This document shows, piece by piece, positions 52,501 through 64,000 of a stretch of DNA of 64,000 bases; the stretch's first letter is position 1; every line of letters starts with the position of its first letter. A model generated the notes under the pieces. The model was not told where the DNA came from. It saw only the letters and a list, made by a program, of their open reading frames with translations, and made no database searches. The DNA lies in the NCBI GenBank assembly GCA_964016885.1, contig OZ024741.1:209250001-209314000 (forward strand), given 5' to 3'. The DNA comes from Eledone cirrhosa. Lineage: Eukaryota. Position numbers and translations under genes: made by a program.

Positions 52501-55500
52501 AAAATCAAGAGTTGATAACCCCAACTTAACTTAACCCCAACTTAACTTAACCCCAACTTAACTTAACCCCAACTTAACTTAACCGCAACTTAACTTAACC
52601 GCAACCTAACTTAACCCCAACTTAACTTAACCGCAACCTAACTTAACCCCAACTTAACTTAACCGCAACTTAACTTAACCCCAACCTAACTTAACCCCAA
52701 CTTAACTTAACCGCAACTTAACTTAACCGCAACCTAACTTAACCCCAGCTTAACTTAACCGCAACTTAACTTAACCGCAACTTAGCTTAACCCCAACCCT
52801 TGGTGGGATCGATCTGTAATTACTGGTACATGTGCAGACACTCATTGGCTGTGTGTGGCCTGATTTTCAGAAAGATATCTCCGTAAAATAACGAGTGGTG
52901 GCTGCGTAAAATAATGAATTACGCACGAAAATGAGAAAATTTCGATTCTCGATCGTGGGCCGGCCGGATGTCGCATCGATTCGTAAATAGAAGGATAATG
53001 TGCGGACACTCCTTGGCTGTGTGCGGCATGATTTTCAGGACGATATTTCCGTAAAATCAAGAGTTGATAACCCCAACTTAACTTAACCCCAACTTAACTT
53101 AACCCCAACTTAACTTAACCCCAACTTAACTTAACCGCAACTTAACTTAACCGCAACCTAACTTAACCCCAACTTAACTTAACCGCAACCTAACTTAACC
53201 ACAACTTAACTTAACCGCAACTTAACTTAACCCCAACCTAACTTAACCCCAACTTAACTTAACCGCAACTTAACTTAACCGCAACCTAACTTAACCCCCA
53301 CTTAACTTAACCGCAACTTAACTTAACCGCAACTTAGCTTAACCCCAACGCTTGGTGGGATCGATCTGTAATTACTGGTACATGTGCAGACACTCATTGG
53401 CTGTGTGTGGCCTGATCTTCAGAAAGATATCTCCGTAAAATAACGAGTGGTGGCTGCGTAAAATAATGAATTACGCACGAAAATGAGAAAATTTCGATTC
53501 TCGATCGTGGGCCGGCCGGATGTCGGATCGATTCGTAAATACAAGGATAATGTGCGGACACTCCTTGGCTGTGTGCGGCATGATTTTCAGGACGATATCT
53601 CCGTAAAATCAAGAGTTGATAACCCCAACTTAACTTAACCCCAACTTAACTTAACCGCAACTTAACTTAACCGCAACCTAACTTAACCCCAACTTAACTT
53701 AACCGCAACCTAACTTAACCCCAACTTAACTTAACCGCAACTTAACTTAACCCCAACCTAACTTAACCCCAACTTAACTTAACCGCAACTTAACTTAACC
53801 GCAACCTAACTTAACCCCAACTTAACTTAACCGCAACTTAACTTAACCGCAACTTAGCTTAACCCCAACCCTTGGTGGGATCGATCTGTAATTACTGGTA
53901 CATGTGCAGACACTCATTGGCTGTGTGTGGCCTGATTTTCAGAAAGATATCTCCGTAAAATAACGAGTGGTGGCTGCGTAAAATAATGAATTACGCACGA
54001 AAATGAGAAAATTTCGATTCTCGATCGTGGGCCGGCCGGATGTCGGATCGATTCGTAAATACAAGGATAATGTGCGGACACTCCTTGCCTGTGTGCCGCA
54101 TGATTTTCAGGACGATATCTCCGTAAAATCAAGAGTTGATAACCCCAACTTAACTTAACCCCAACTTAACTTAACCGCAACTTAACTTAACCGCAACCTA
54201 ACTTAACCCCAACTTAACTTAACCGCAACCTAACTTAACCCCAACTTAACTTAACCGCAACTTAACTTAACCCCAACCTAACTTAACCCCAACTTAACTT
54301 AACCGCAACTTAACTTAACCGCAACCTAACTTAACCCCAACTTAACTTAACCGCAACTTAACTTAACCGCAACTTAGCTTAACCCCAACCCTTGGTGGGA
54401 TCGATCTGTAATTACTGGTACATGTGCAGACACTCATTGGCTGTGTGTGGCCTGATTTTCAGATAGATATCTCCGTAAAATAACGAGTGGTGGCTGCGTA
54501 AAATAATGAATTACGCACGAAAATGAGAAAATTTCGATTCTCGATCGTGGGCCGGCCGGATGTCGGATCGATTCGTAAATACAAGGATAATGTGCGGACA
54601 CTCCTTGGCTGTGTGCGGCATGATTTTCAGGACGATATCTCCGTAAAATCAAGAGTTGATAACCCCAACTTAACTTAACCCCAACTTAACTTAACCGCAA
54701 CTTAACTTAACCGCAACCTAACTTAACCCCAACTTAACTTAACCGCAACCTAACTTAACCCCAACTTAACTTAACCGCAACTTAACTTAACCCCAACCTA
54801 ACTTAACCCCAACTTAACTTAACCGCAACTTAACTTAACCGCAACTTAGCTTAACCCCAACCCTTGGTGGGATCGATCTGTAATTACTGGTACATGTGCA
54901 GACACTCATTGGCTGTGTGTGGCCTGATTTTCAGAAAGATATCTCCGTAAAATAACGAGTGGTGGCTGCGTAAAATAATGAATTACGCACGAAAATGAGA
55001 AAATTTCGATTCTCGATCGTGGGCCGGCCGGATGTCGGATCGATTCGTAAATACAAGGATAATGTGCGGACACTCCTTGGCTGTGTGCGGCATGATTTTC
55101 AGGACGATAACTCCGTAAAATCAAGAGTTGATAACCCCAACTTAACTTAACCCCAACTTAACTTAACCGCAACTTAACTTAACCGCAACCTAACTTAACC
55201 CCAACTTAACTTAACCGCAACCTAACTTAACCCCAACTTAACTTAACCGCAACTTAACTTAACCCCAACCTAACTTAACCCCAACTTAACTTAACCGCAA
55301 CTTAACTTAACCGCAACCTAACTTAACCCCAACTTAACTTAACCGCAACTTAACTTAACCGCAACTTAGCTTAACCCCAACCCTTGGTGGGATCGATCTG
55401 TAATTACTGGTACATGTGCAGACACTCATTGGCTGTGTGTGGCCTGATTTTCAGATAGATATCTCCGTAAAATAACGAGTGGTGGCTGCGTAAAATAATG

Positions 55501-56800
55501 AATTACGCACGAAAATGAGAAAATTTCGATTCTCGATCGTGGGCCGGCCGGATGTCGGATCGATTCGTAAATACAAGGATAATGTGCGGACACTCCTTGG
55601 CTGTGTGCGGCATGATTTTCAGGACGATATCTCCGTAAAATCAAGAGTTGATAACCCCAACTTAACTTAACCCCAACTTAACTTAACCGCAACTTAACTT
55701 AACCGCAACTTAACTTAACCGCAACCTAACTTAACCCCAACTTAACTTAACCGCAACCTAACTTAACCCCAACTTAACTTAACCCCAACCTAACTTAACC
55801 CCAACTTAACTTAACCGCAACTTAACTTAACCGCAACCTAACTTAACCCCAACTTAACTTAACCGCAACTTAACTTAACCGCAACTTAGCTTAACCCCAA
55901 CCCTTAGTGGGATCGATCTGTAATTACTGGTACATGTGCAGACACTCATTGGCTGTGTGTGGCCTGATTTTCAGAAAGATATCTCCGTAAAATAACGAGT
56001 GGTGGCTGCGTAAAATAATGAATTACGCACGAAAATGAGAAAATTTAGATTCTCGATCGTGGGCCGGCCGGATGTCTGATCGATTCGTAAATACAAGGAT
56101 AATGTGCGGACACTCCTTGGCTGTGTGTGGCATGATTTTCAGGACGATATCTCCGTAAAATCAAGAGTTGATAACCCCAACTTAACTTAACCCCAACTTA
56201 ACTTAACCGCAACTTAACTTAACCGCAACCTAACTTAACCCCAACTTAACTTAACCGCAACCTAACTTAACCCCAACTTAACTTAACCGCAACTTAACTT
56301 AACCCCAACCTAACTTAACCCCAACTTAACTTAACCGCAACTTAACTTAACCGCAACCTAACTTAACCCCAACTTAACTTAACCGCAACTTAACTTAACC
56401 GCAACTTAGCTTAACCCCAACCCTTGGTGGGATCGATCTGTAATTACTGGTACATGTGCAGACACTCATTGGCTGTGTGTGGCCTGATTTTCAGAAAGAT
56501 ATCTCCGTAAAATAACGAGTGGTGGCTGCGTAAAATAATGAATTACGCACGAAAATGAGAAAATTTCGATTCTCGATCGTGGGCCGGCCGGATGTCGCAT
56601 CGATTCGTAAATAGAAGGATAATGTGCGGACACTCCTTGGCTGTGTGCGGCATGATTTTCAGGACGATATTTCCGTAAAATCAAGAGTTGATAACCCCAA
56701 CTTAACTTAACCCCAAATTAACTTAACCCCAACTTAACTTAACCGCAACTTAACTTAACCGCAACCTAACTTAACCCCAACTTAACTTAACCGCAACCTA
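45900..56800 (+). repeat. Dispersed block duplication: ~46000-48820 recurs at +6830, then ~50160-51500 recurs at +5264 (second copy lacks three monomers, 1566 bp)
   Basis: ORF ends 46230/53060, 46782/53612, 47302/54132, 47822/54652, 48294/55124, 48814/55644; 50380/55644, 51420/56684. Shared variants caacgctt, gatcttc, ttagattc, ccccaaatt. Confidence 0.85.
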
Positions 56801-59800
56801 ACTTAACCACAACTTAACTTAACCGCAACTTAACTTAACCGCAACCTAACTTAACCCCAACTTAACTTAACCGCAACCTAACTTAACCCCAACTTAGCTT
56901 AACCGCAACTTAACTTAACCCCAACCTAACTTAACCCCAACTTAACTTAACCGCAACTTAACTTAACCGCAACCTAACTTAACCCCAACTTAACTTAACC
57001 GCAACTTAACTTAACCGCAACTTAGCTTAACCCGAACCCTTGGTGGGATCGATCTGTAATTACTGGTACATGTGCAGACACTCATTGGCTGTGTGTGGCC
57101 TGATTTTCAGAAAGATATCTCCGTAAAATAACGAGTGGTGGCTGCGTAAAATAATGAATTACGCACGAAAATGAGAAAATTTCGATTCTCGATCGTGGGC
57201 CGGCCGGATGTCGGATCGATTCGTAAATACAAGGATAATGTGCGGACACTCCTTGGCTGTGTGCGGCATGATTTTCAGGACGATATCTCCGTAAAATCAA
57301 GAGTTGATAACCCCAACTTAACTTAACCCCAACTTAACTTAACCGCAACTTAACTTAACCGCAACCTAACTTAACCCCAACTTAACTTAACCGCAACCTA
57401 ACTTAACCCCAACTTAACTTAACCGCAACTTAACTTAACCCCAACCTAACTTAACCCCAACTTAACTTAACCGCAACTTAACTTAACCGCAACCTAACTT
57501 AACCCTAACTTAACTTAACCGCAACTTAACTTAACCGCAACTTAGCTTAACCCCAACCCTTGGTGGGATCGATCTGTAATTACTGGTACATGTGCAGACA
57601 CTCATTGGCTGTGTGTGGCCTGATTTTCAGAAAGATATCTCCGTAAAATAACGAGTGGTGGCTGCGTAAATTAATGAATTACGCACGAAAATGAGAAAAT
57701 TTCGATTCTCGATCGTGGGCCGGCCGGATGTCGGATCGATTCGTAAATACAAGGATAATGTGCGGACACTCCTTGCCTGTGTGCCGCATGATTTTCAGGA
57801 CGATATCTCCGTAAAATCAAGAGTTGATAACCCCAACTTAACTTAACCCCAACTTAACTTAACCGCAACTTAACTTAACCGCAACCTAATTTAACCCCAA
57901 CTTAACTTAACCGCAACCTAACTTAACCCCAACTTAACTTAACCGCAACTTAACTTAACCCCAACCTAACTTAACCCCAACTTAACTTAACCGCAACTTA
58001 ACTTAACCGCAACCTAACTTAACCCCAACTTAACTTAACCGCAACTTAACTTAACCGCAACTTAGCTTAACCCCAACCCTTGGTGGGATCGATCTGTAAT
58101 TACTGTTACATGTGCAGACACTCATTGGCTGTGTGTGGCCTGATTTTCAGAAAGATATCTCCGTAAAATAACGAGTGGTGGCTGCGTAAAATAATGAATT
58201 ACGCACGAAAATGAGAAAATTTCGATTCTCGATCGTGGGCCGGCCGGATGTCGGATCGATTCGTAAATACAAGGATAATGTGCGGACACTCCTTGGCTGT
58301 GTGCGGCATGATTTTCAGGACGATATCTCCGTAAAATCAAGAGTTGATAACCCCAACTTAACTTAACCGCAACTTAACTTAACCGCAACCTAACTTAACC
58401 CTAACTTAACTTAACCGCAACTTAACTTAACCGCAACTTAGCTTAACCCCAACCCTTGGTGGGATCTATCTGTAATTACTGGTACATGTGCAGACACTCA
58501 TTGGCTGTGTGTGGCCTGATTTTAAGAAAGATATCTCCGTAAAATAACGAGTGGTGGCTGCGTAAAATAATGAATTACGCACGAAAATGAGAAAATTTCG
58601 ATTCTCGATCGTGGGCCGGCCGGATGTCGGATCGATTCGTTAATACAAGGATAATGTGCGGACACTCCTTGCCTGTGTGCCGCATGATTTTCAGGACGAT
58701 ATCTCCGTAAAATCAAGAGTTGATAACCCCAACTTAACTTAACCCCAACTTAACTTAACCGCAACTTAACTTAACCGCAACCTAACTTAACCCCAACTTA
58801 ACTTAACCGCAACCTAACTTAACCCCAACTTAACTTAACCGCAACTTAACTTAACCCCAACCTAACTTAACCCCAACTTAACTTAACCGCAACTTAACTT
58901 AACCGCAACCTAACTTAACCCCAGCTTAACTTAACCGCAACTTAACTTAACCGCAACTTAGCTTAACCCCAACCCTTGGTGGGATCGATCTGTAATTACT
59001 GGTACATGTGCAGACACTCATTGGCTGTGTGTGGCCTGATTTTAAGAAAGATATCTCCGTAAAATAACGAGTGGTGGCTGCGTAAAATAATGAATTACGC
59101 ACGAAAATGAGAAAATTTCGATTCTCGATCGTGGGCCGGCCGGATGTCGCATCGATTCGTAAATGGAAGGATAATGTGCGGACACTCCTTGGCTGTGTGC
59201 GGCATGATTTTCAGGACGATATTTCCGTAAAATCAAGAGTTGATAACCCCAACTTAACTTAACCCCAACTTAACTTAACCCCAACTTAACTTAACCCCAA
59301 CTTAACTTAACCGCAACTTAACTTAACCGCAACCTAACTTAACCCCAACTTAACTTAACCGCAACCTAACTTAACCACAACTTAACTTAACCGCAACTTA
59401 AATTAACCCCAACCTAACTTAACCCCAACTTAACTTAACCGCAACTTAACTTAACCGCAACCTAACTTAACCCCAACTTAACTTAACCGCAACTTAACTT
59501 AACCGCAACTTAGCTTAACCCCAACCCTTGGTGGGATCGATCTGTAATTACTGGTACATGTGCAGACACTCATTGGCTGTGTGTGGTGGCCTGATTTTCA
59601 GAAAGATATCTCCGTAAAATAACGAGTGGTGGCTGCGTAAAATAATGAATTACGCACGAAAATGAGAAAATTTCGATTCTCGATCGTGGGCCGGCCGGAT
59701 GTCGGATCGATTCGTTAATACAAGGATAATGTACGGACACTCCTTGCCTGTGTGCAGCATGATTTTCAGGACGATATCTCCGTAAAATCAAGAGTTGATA

Positions 59801-62800
59801 ACCCCAACTTAACTTAACCCCAACTTAACTTAACCGCAACTTAACTTAACCGCAACCTAACTTAACCCCAACTTAACTTAACCGCAACCTAACTTAACCC
59901 CGACTTAACTTAACCGCAACTTAACTTAACCCCAACCTAACTTAACCCCAACTTAACTTAACCGCAACTTAACTTAACCGCAACCTAACTTAACCCCAGC
60001 TTAACTTAACCGCAACTTAACTTAACCGCAACCTAACTTAACCCCAACTTAACTTAACCGCAACCTAACTTAACCCAAACTTAACTTAACCGCAACTTAA
60101 CTTAACCCCAACCTAACTTAACCCCAACTTAACTTAACCGCAACTTAACTTAACCGCAACCTAACTTAACCCCAACTTAACTTAACCGCAACTTAACCCC
60201 AACTTAGCTTAACCCCAACCCTTGGTGGGATCGATCTGTAATTACTGGTACATGTGCAGACACTCATTGGCTGTGTGTGGCCTGATTTTCAGAAAGATAT
60301 CTCCGTAAAATAACGAGTGGTGGCTGCGTAAAATAATGAATTACGCACGAAAATGAGAAAATTTCGATTCTCGATCGTGGGCCGGCCGGATGTCGGATCG
60401 ATTCGTAAATACAAGGATAATGTGCGGACACTCCTTGGCTGTGTGCGGCATAATTTTCAGGACGATATCTCCGTAAAATCAAGAGTTGATAACCCCAACT
60501 TAACTTAACCCCAACTTAACTTAACCGCAACTTTACTTAACCGCAACCTAACTTAACCCCAACTTAACTTAACCGCAACCTAACTTAACCCCAACTTAAC
60601 TTAACCCCAACTTAACTTAACCCCAACCTAACTTAACCCCAACTTAACTTAACCGCAACTTAACTTAACCGCAACCTAACTTAACCCCAACTTAACTTAA
60701 CCGCAACTTAACTTAACCGCAACTTAGCTTAACCCCAACCCTTGGTGGGATCGATCTGTAATTACTGGTACATGTGCAGACACTCATTGGCTGTGTGTGG
60801 CCTGATTTTCAGAAAGATATCTCCGTAAAATAACGAGTGGTGGCTGCGTAAAATAATGAATTACGCACGAAAATGAGAAAATTTCGATTCTCGATCGTGG
60901 GCCGGCCGGATGTCGGATCGATTCGTAAATACAAGGATAATGTGCGGACACTCCTTGGCTGTGTGCGGCATGATTTTCAGGACGATATCTCCGTAAAATC
61001 AAGAGTTGATAACCCCAACTTAACTTAACCCCAACTTAACTTAACCGCAACTTAACTTAACCGCAACCTAACTTAACCCCAACTTAACTTAACCGCAACC
61101 TAACTTAACCCCAACTTAACTTAACCGCAACTTAACTTAACCCCAACCTAACTTAACCCCAACTTAACTTAACCGCAACTTAACTTAACCGCAACCTAAC
61201 TTAACCCCAACTTAACTTAACCGCAACTTAACTTAACCGCAACTTAGCTTAACCCCAACCCTTGGGGGGATCGATCTGTAATTACTGGTATATGTGCAGA
61301 CACTCATTGGCTGTGTGTGGCCTGATTTTCAGAAAGATATCTCCGTAAAATAACGAGTGGTGGCTGCGTAAAATAATGAATTACGCACGAAAATGAGAAA
61401 ATTTCGATTCTCGATCGTGGGCCGGCCGGATGTCGGATCGATTCGTAAATACAAGGATAATGTGCGGACACTCCTTGGCTGTGTGCGGCATGATTTTCAG
61501 GACGATATCTCCGTAAAATCAAGAGTTGATATCCCCAACTTAACTTAACCCCAACTTAACTTAACCGCAACTTAACTTAACCGCAACCTAACTTAACCCC
61601 AACTTAACTTAACCGCAACCTAATTTAACCCCAACTTAACTTAACCGCAACTTAACTTAACCGCAACTTAGCTTAACCCCAACCCTTGGTGGGATCGATC
61701 TGTAATTACTGGTACATGTGCAGACACTCATTGGCTGTGCGTGGCCTGATTTTCAGAAAGATATCTCCGTAAAATAACGAGTGGTGGCTGCGTAAAATAA
61801 TGAATTACGCACGAAAATGAGAAAATTTAGATTCTCGATCGTGGGCCGGCCGGATGTCTGATCGATTCGTAAATACAAGGATAATGTGCGGACACTCCTT
61901 GGCTGTGTGTGGCATGATTTTCAGGACGATATCTCCGTAAAATCAAGAGTTGATAACCCCAACTTAACTTAACCCCAACTTAACTTAACCGCAACTTAAC
62001 TTAACCGCAACCTAACTTAACCCCAACTTAACTTAACCGCAACCTAACTTAACCCCAACTTAACTTAACCGCAACTTAACTTAACCCCAACCTAACTTAA
62101 CCCCAACTTAACTTAACCGCAACTTAACTTAACCGCAACCTAACTTAACCCTAACTTAACTTAACCGCAACTTAACTTAACCGCAACTTAGCTTAACCCC
62201 AACCCTTGGTGGGATCGATCTGTAATTACTGGTACATGTGCAGACACTCATTGGCTGTGTGTGGCCTGATTTTCAGAAAGATATCTCCGTAAAATAACGA
62301 GTGGTGGCTGCGTAAAATATTGAATTATGCACGAAAATGAGAAAATTTCGATTCTCGATCGTGGGCCGGCCGGATGTCGGATCGATTCGTAAATACAAGG
62401 ATAATGTGCGGACACTCCTTGGCTGTGTGCGGCATGATTTTCAGGACGATATCTCCGTAAAATCAAGAGTTGATAACCCCAACTTAACTTAACCGCAACT
62501 TAACTTAACCGCAACCTAACTTAACCCTAACTTAACTTAACCGCAACTTAACTTAACCGCAACTTAGCTTAACCCCAACCCTTGGTGGGATCTATCTGTA
62601 ATTACTGGTACATGTGCAGACACTCATTGGCTGTGTGTGGCCTGATTTTAAGAAAGATATCTCCGTAAAATAACGAGTGGTGGCTGCGTAAAATAATGAA
62701 TTACGCACGAAAATGAGAAAATTTCGATTCTCGATCGTGGGCCGGCCGGATGTCGGATCGATTCGTAAATACAAGGATAATGTGCGGACACTCCTTGCCT

Positions 62801-64000
62801 GTGTGCCGCATGATTTTCAGGACGATATCTCCGTAAAATCAAGAGTTGATAACCCCAACTTAACTTAACCCCAACTTAACTTAACCGCAACTTAACTTAA
62901 CCGCAACCTAACTTAACCCCAACTTAACTTAACCGCAACCTAACTTAACCCCAACTTAACTTAACCGCAACTTAACTTAACCCCAACCTAACTTAACCCC
63001 AACTTAATTTAACCGCAACTTAACTTAACCGCAACCTAACTTAACCCCAACTTAACTTAACCGCAACTTAACTTAACCGCAACTTAGCTTAACCCCAACC
63101 CTTGGTGGGATCGATCTGTAATTACTGGTACATGTGCAGACACTCATTGGCTGTGTGTGGTGGCCTGATTTTCAGAAAGATATCTCCGTAAAATAACGAG
63201 TGGTGGCTGCGTAAAATAATGAATTACGCACGAAAATGAGAAAATTTCGATTCTCGATCGTGGGCCGGATGTCGGATCGATTCGTTAATACAAGGATAAT
63301 GTGCGGACACTCCTTGCCTGTGTGCCGCATGATTTTCAGGACGATATCTCCGTAAAATCAAGAGTTGATAACCCCAACTTAACTTAACCCCAACTTAACT
63401 TAACCGCAACTTAACTTAACCGCAACCTAACTTAACCCCAACTTAACTTAACCGCAACCTAACTTAACCCCAACTTAACTTAACCGCAACTTAACTTAAC
63501 CCCAACCTAACTTAACCCCAACTTAACTTAACCGCAACTTAACTTAACCGCAACCTAACTTAACCCCAGCTTAACTTAACCGCAACTTAACTTAACCGCA
63601 ACTTAGCTTAACCCCAACCCTTGGTGGGATCGATCTGTAATTACTGGTACATGTGCAGACACTCATTGGCTGTGTGTAGCCTGATTTTCAGAAAGATATC
63701 TCCGTAAAATAACGAGTGGTGGCTGCGTAAATAATGAATTACGCACGAAAATGAGAAAATTTCGATTCTCGATCGTGGGCCGGCCGGATGTCGCATCGAT
63801 TCGTAAATAGAAGGATAATGTGCGGACACTCCTTGGCTGTGTGCGGCATGATTTTCAGGACGATATTTCCGTAAAATCAAGAGTTGATAACCCCAACTTA
63901 ACTTAACCCCAACTTAACTTAACCCCAACTTAACTTAACCCCAACTTAACTTAACCGCAACTTAACTTAACCGCAACCTAACTTAACCCCAACTTAACTT

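Larger units (their letters stand above)
1..64000. repeat. Tandem satellite DNA array, ~124 head-to-tail copies of a composite monomer (modal 520 bp); runs off both window edges
   Basis: The same core (ccttggtgggatcgatc...aaatcaagagttgat) recurs throughout in one orientation. The ORF track repeats at 520-bp spacing (229, 749, 1269...). No unique sequence was seen anywhere in the window. Confidence 0.99.

Noticed and set aside
1-64000. CRISPR array (repeat-spacer appearance)
   Set aside because: The intervening segments are near-identical rather than unique spacers, the lengths are far from CRISPR dimensions, and there are no cas genes.

Overview
The whole 64-kb window is one uninterrupted head-to-tail tandem array of about 124 copies of a composite satellite monomer (modal length 520 bp). 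I can support no protein-coding gene, RNA gene, CRISPR array or intact transposon. Each monomer has two parts. (i) A strand-asymmetric, telomere-like minisatellite tract, usually 15 copies of the 16-mer AACC(C/G)CAAC(T/C)TAACTT plus a 9-bp partial copy; on the minus strand this reads TTAAG-TTA(A/G)G-TTG(G/C)GG and includes exact TTAGG and TTAGGTTGGGG motifs. (ii) A 271-bp CpG-rich core holding two diverged ~91-bp direct repeats 167 bp apart, separated by a palindrome/hairpin-rich spacer. Monomer length varies almost only in 16-bp steps (376 to 691 bp). Shared SNPs and indels reveal monomer haplotypes, recombinant monomers and a chain of overlapping multi-monomer duplications (periods 2526, 3014, 3644, ~4.6 kb, 5124, 6830, 7156 and 1072 bp). 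The ~72-aa minus-strand ORFs are by-products of the repeat. The best-supported reading is a eukaryotic, probably arthropod (possibly bee/hymenopteran) telomere-derived subtelomeric, terminal or centromeric satellite. Organism and function are inferences only. All counts were made by eye.
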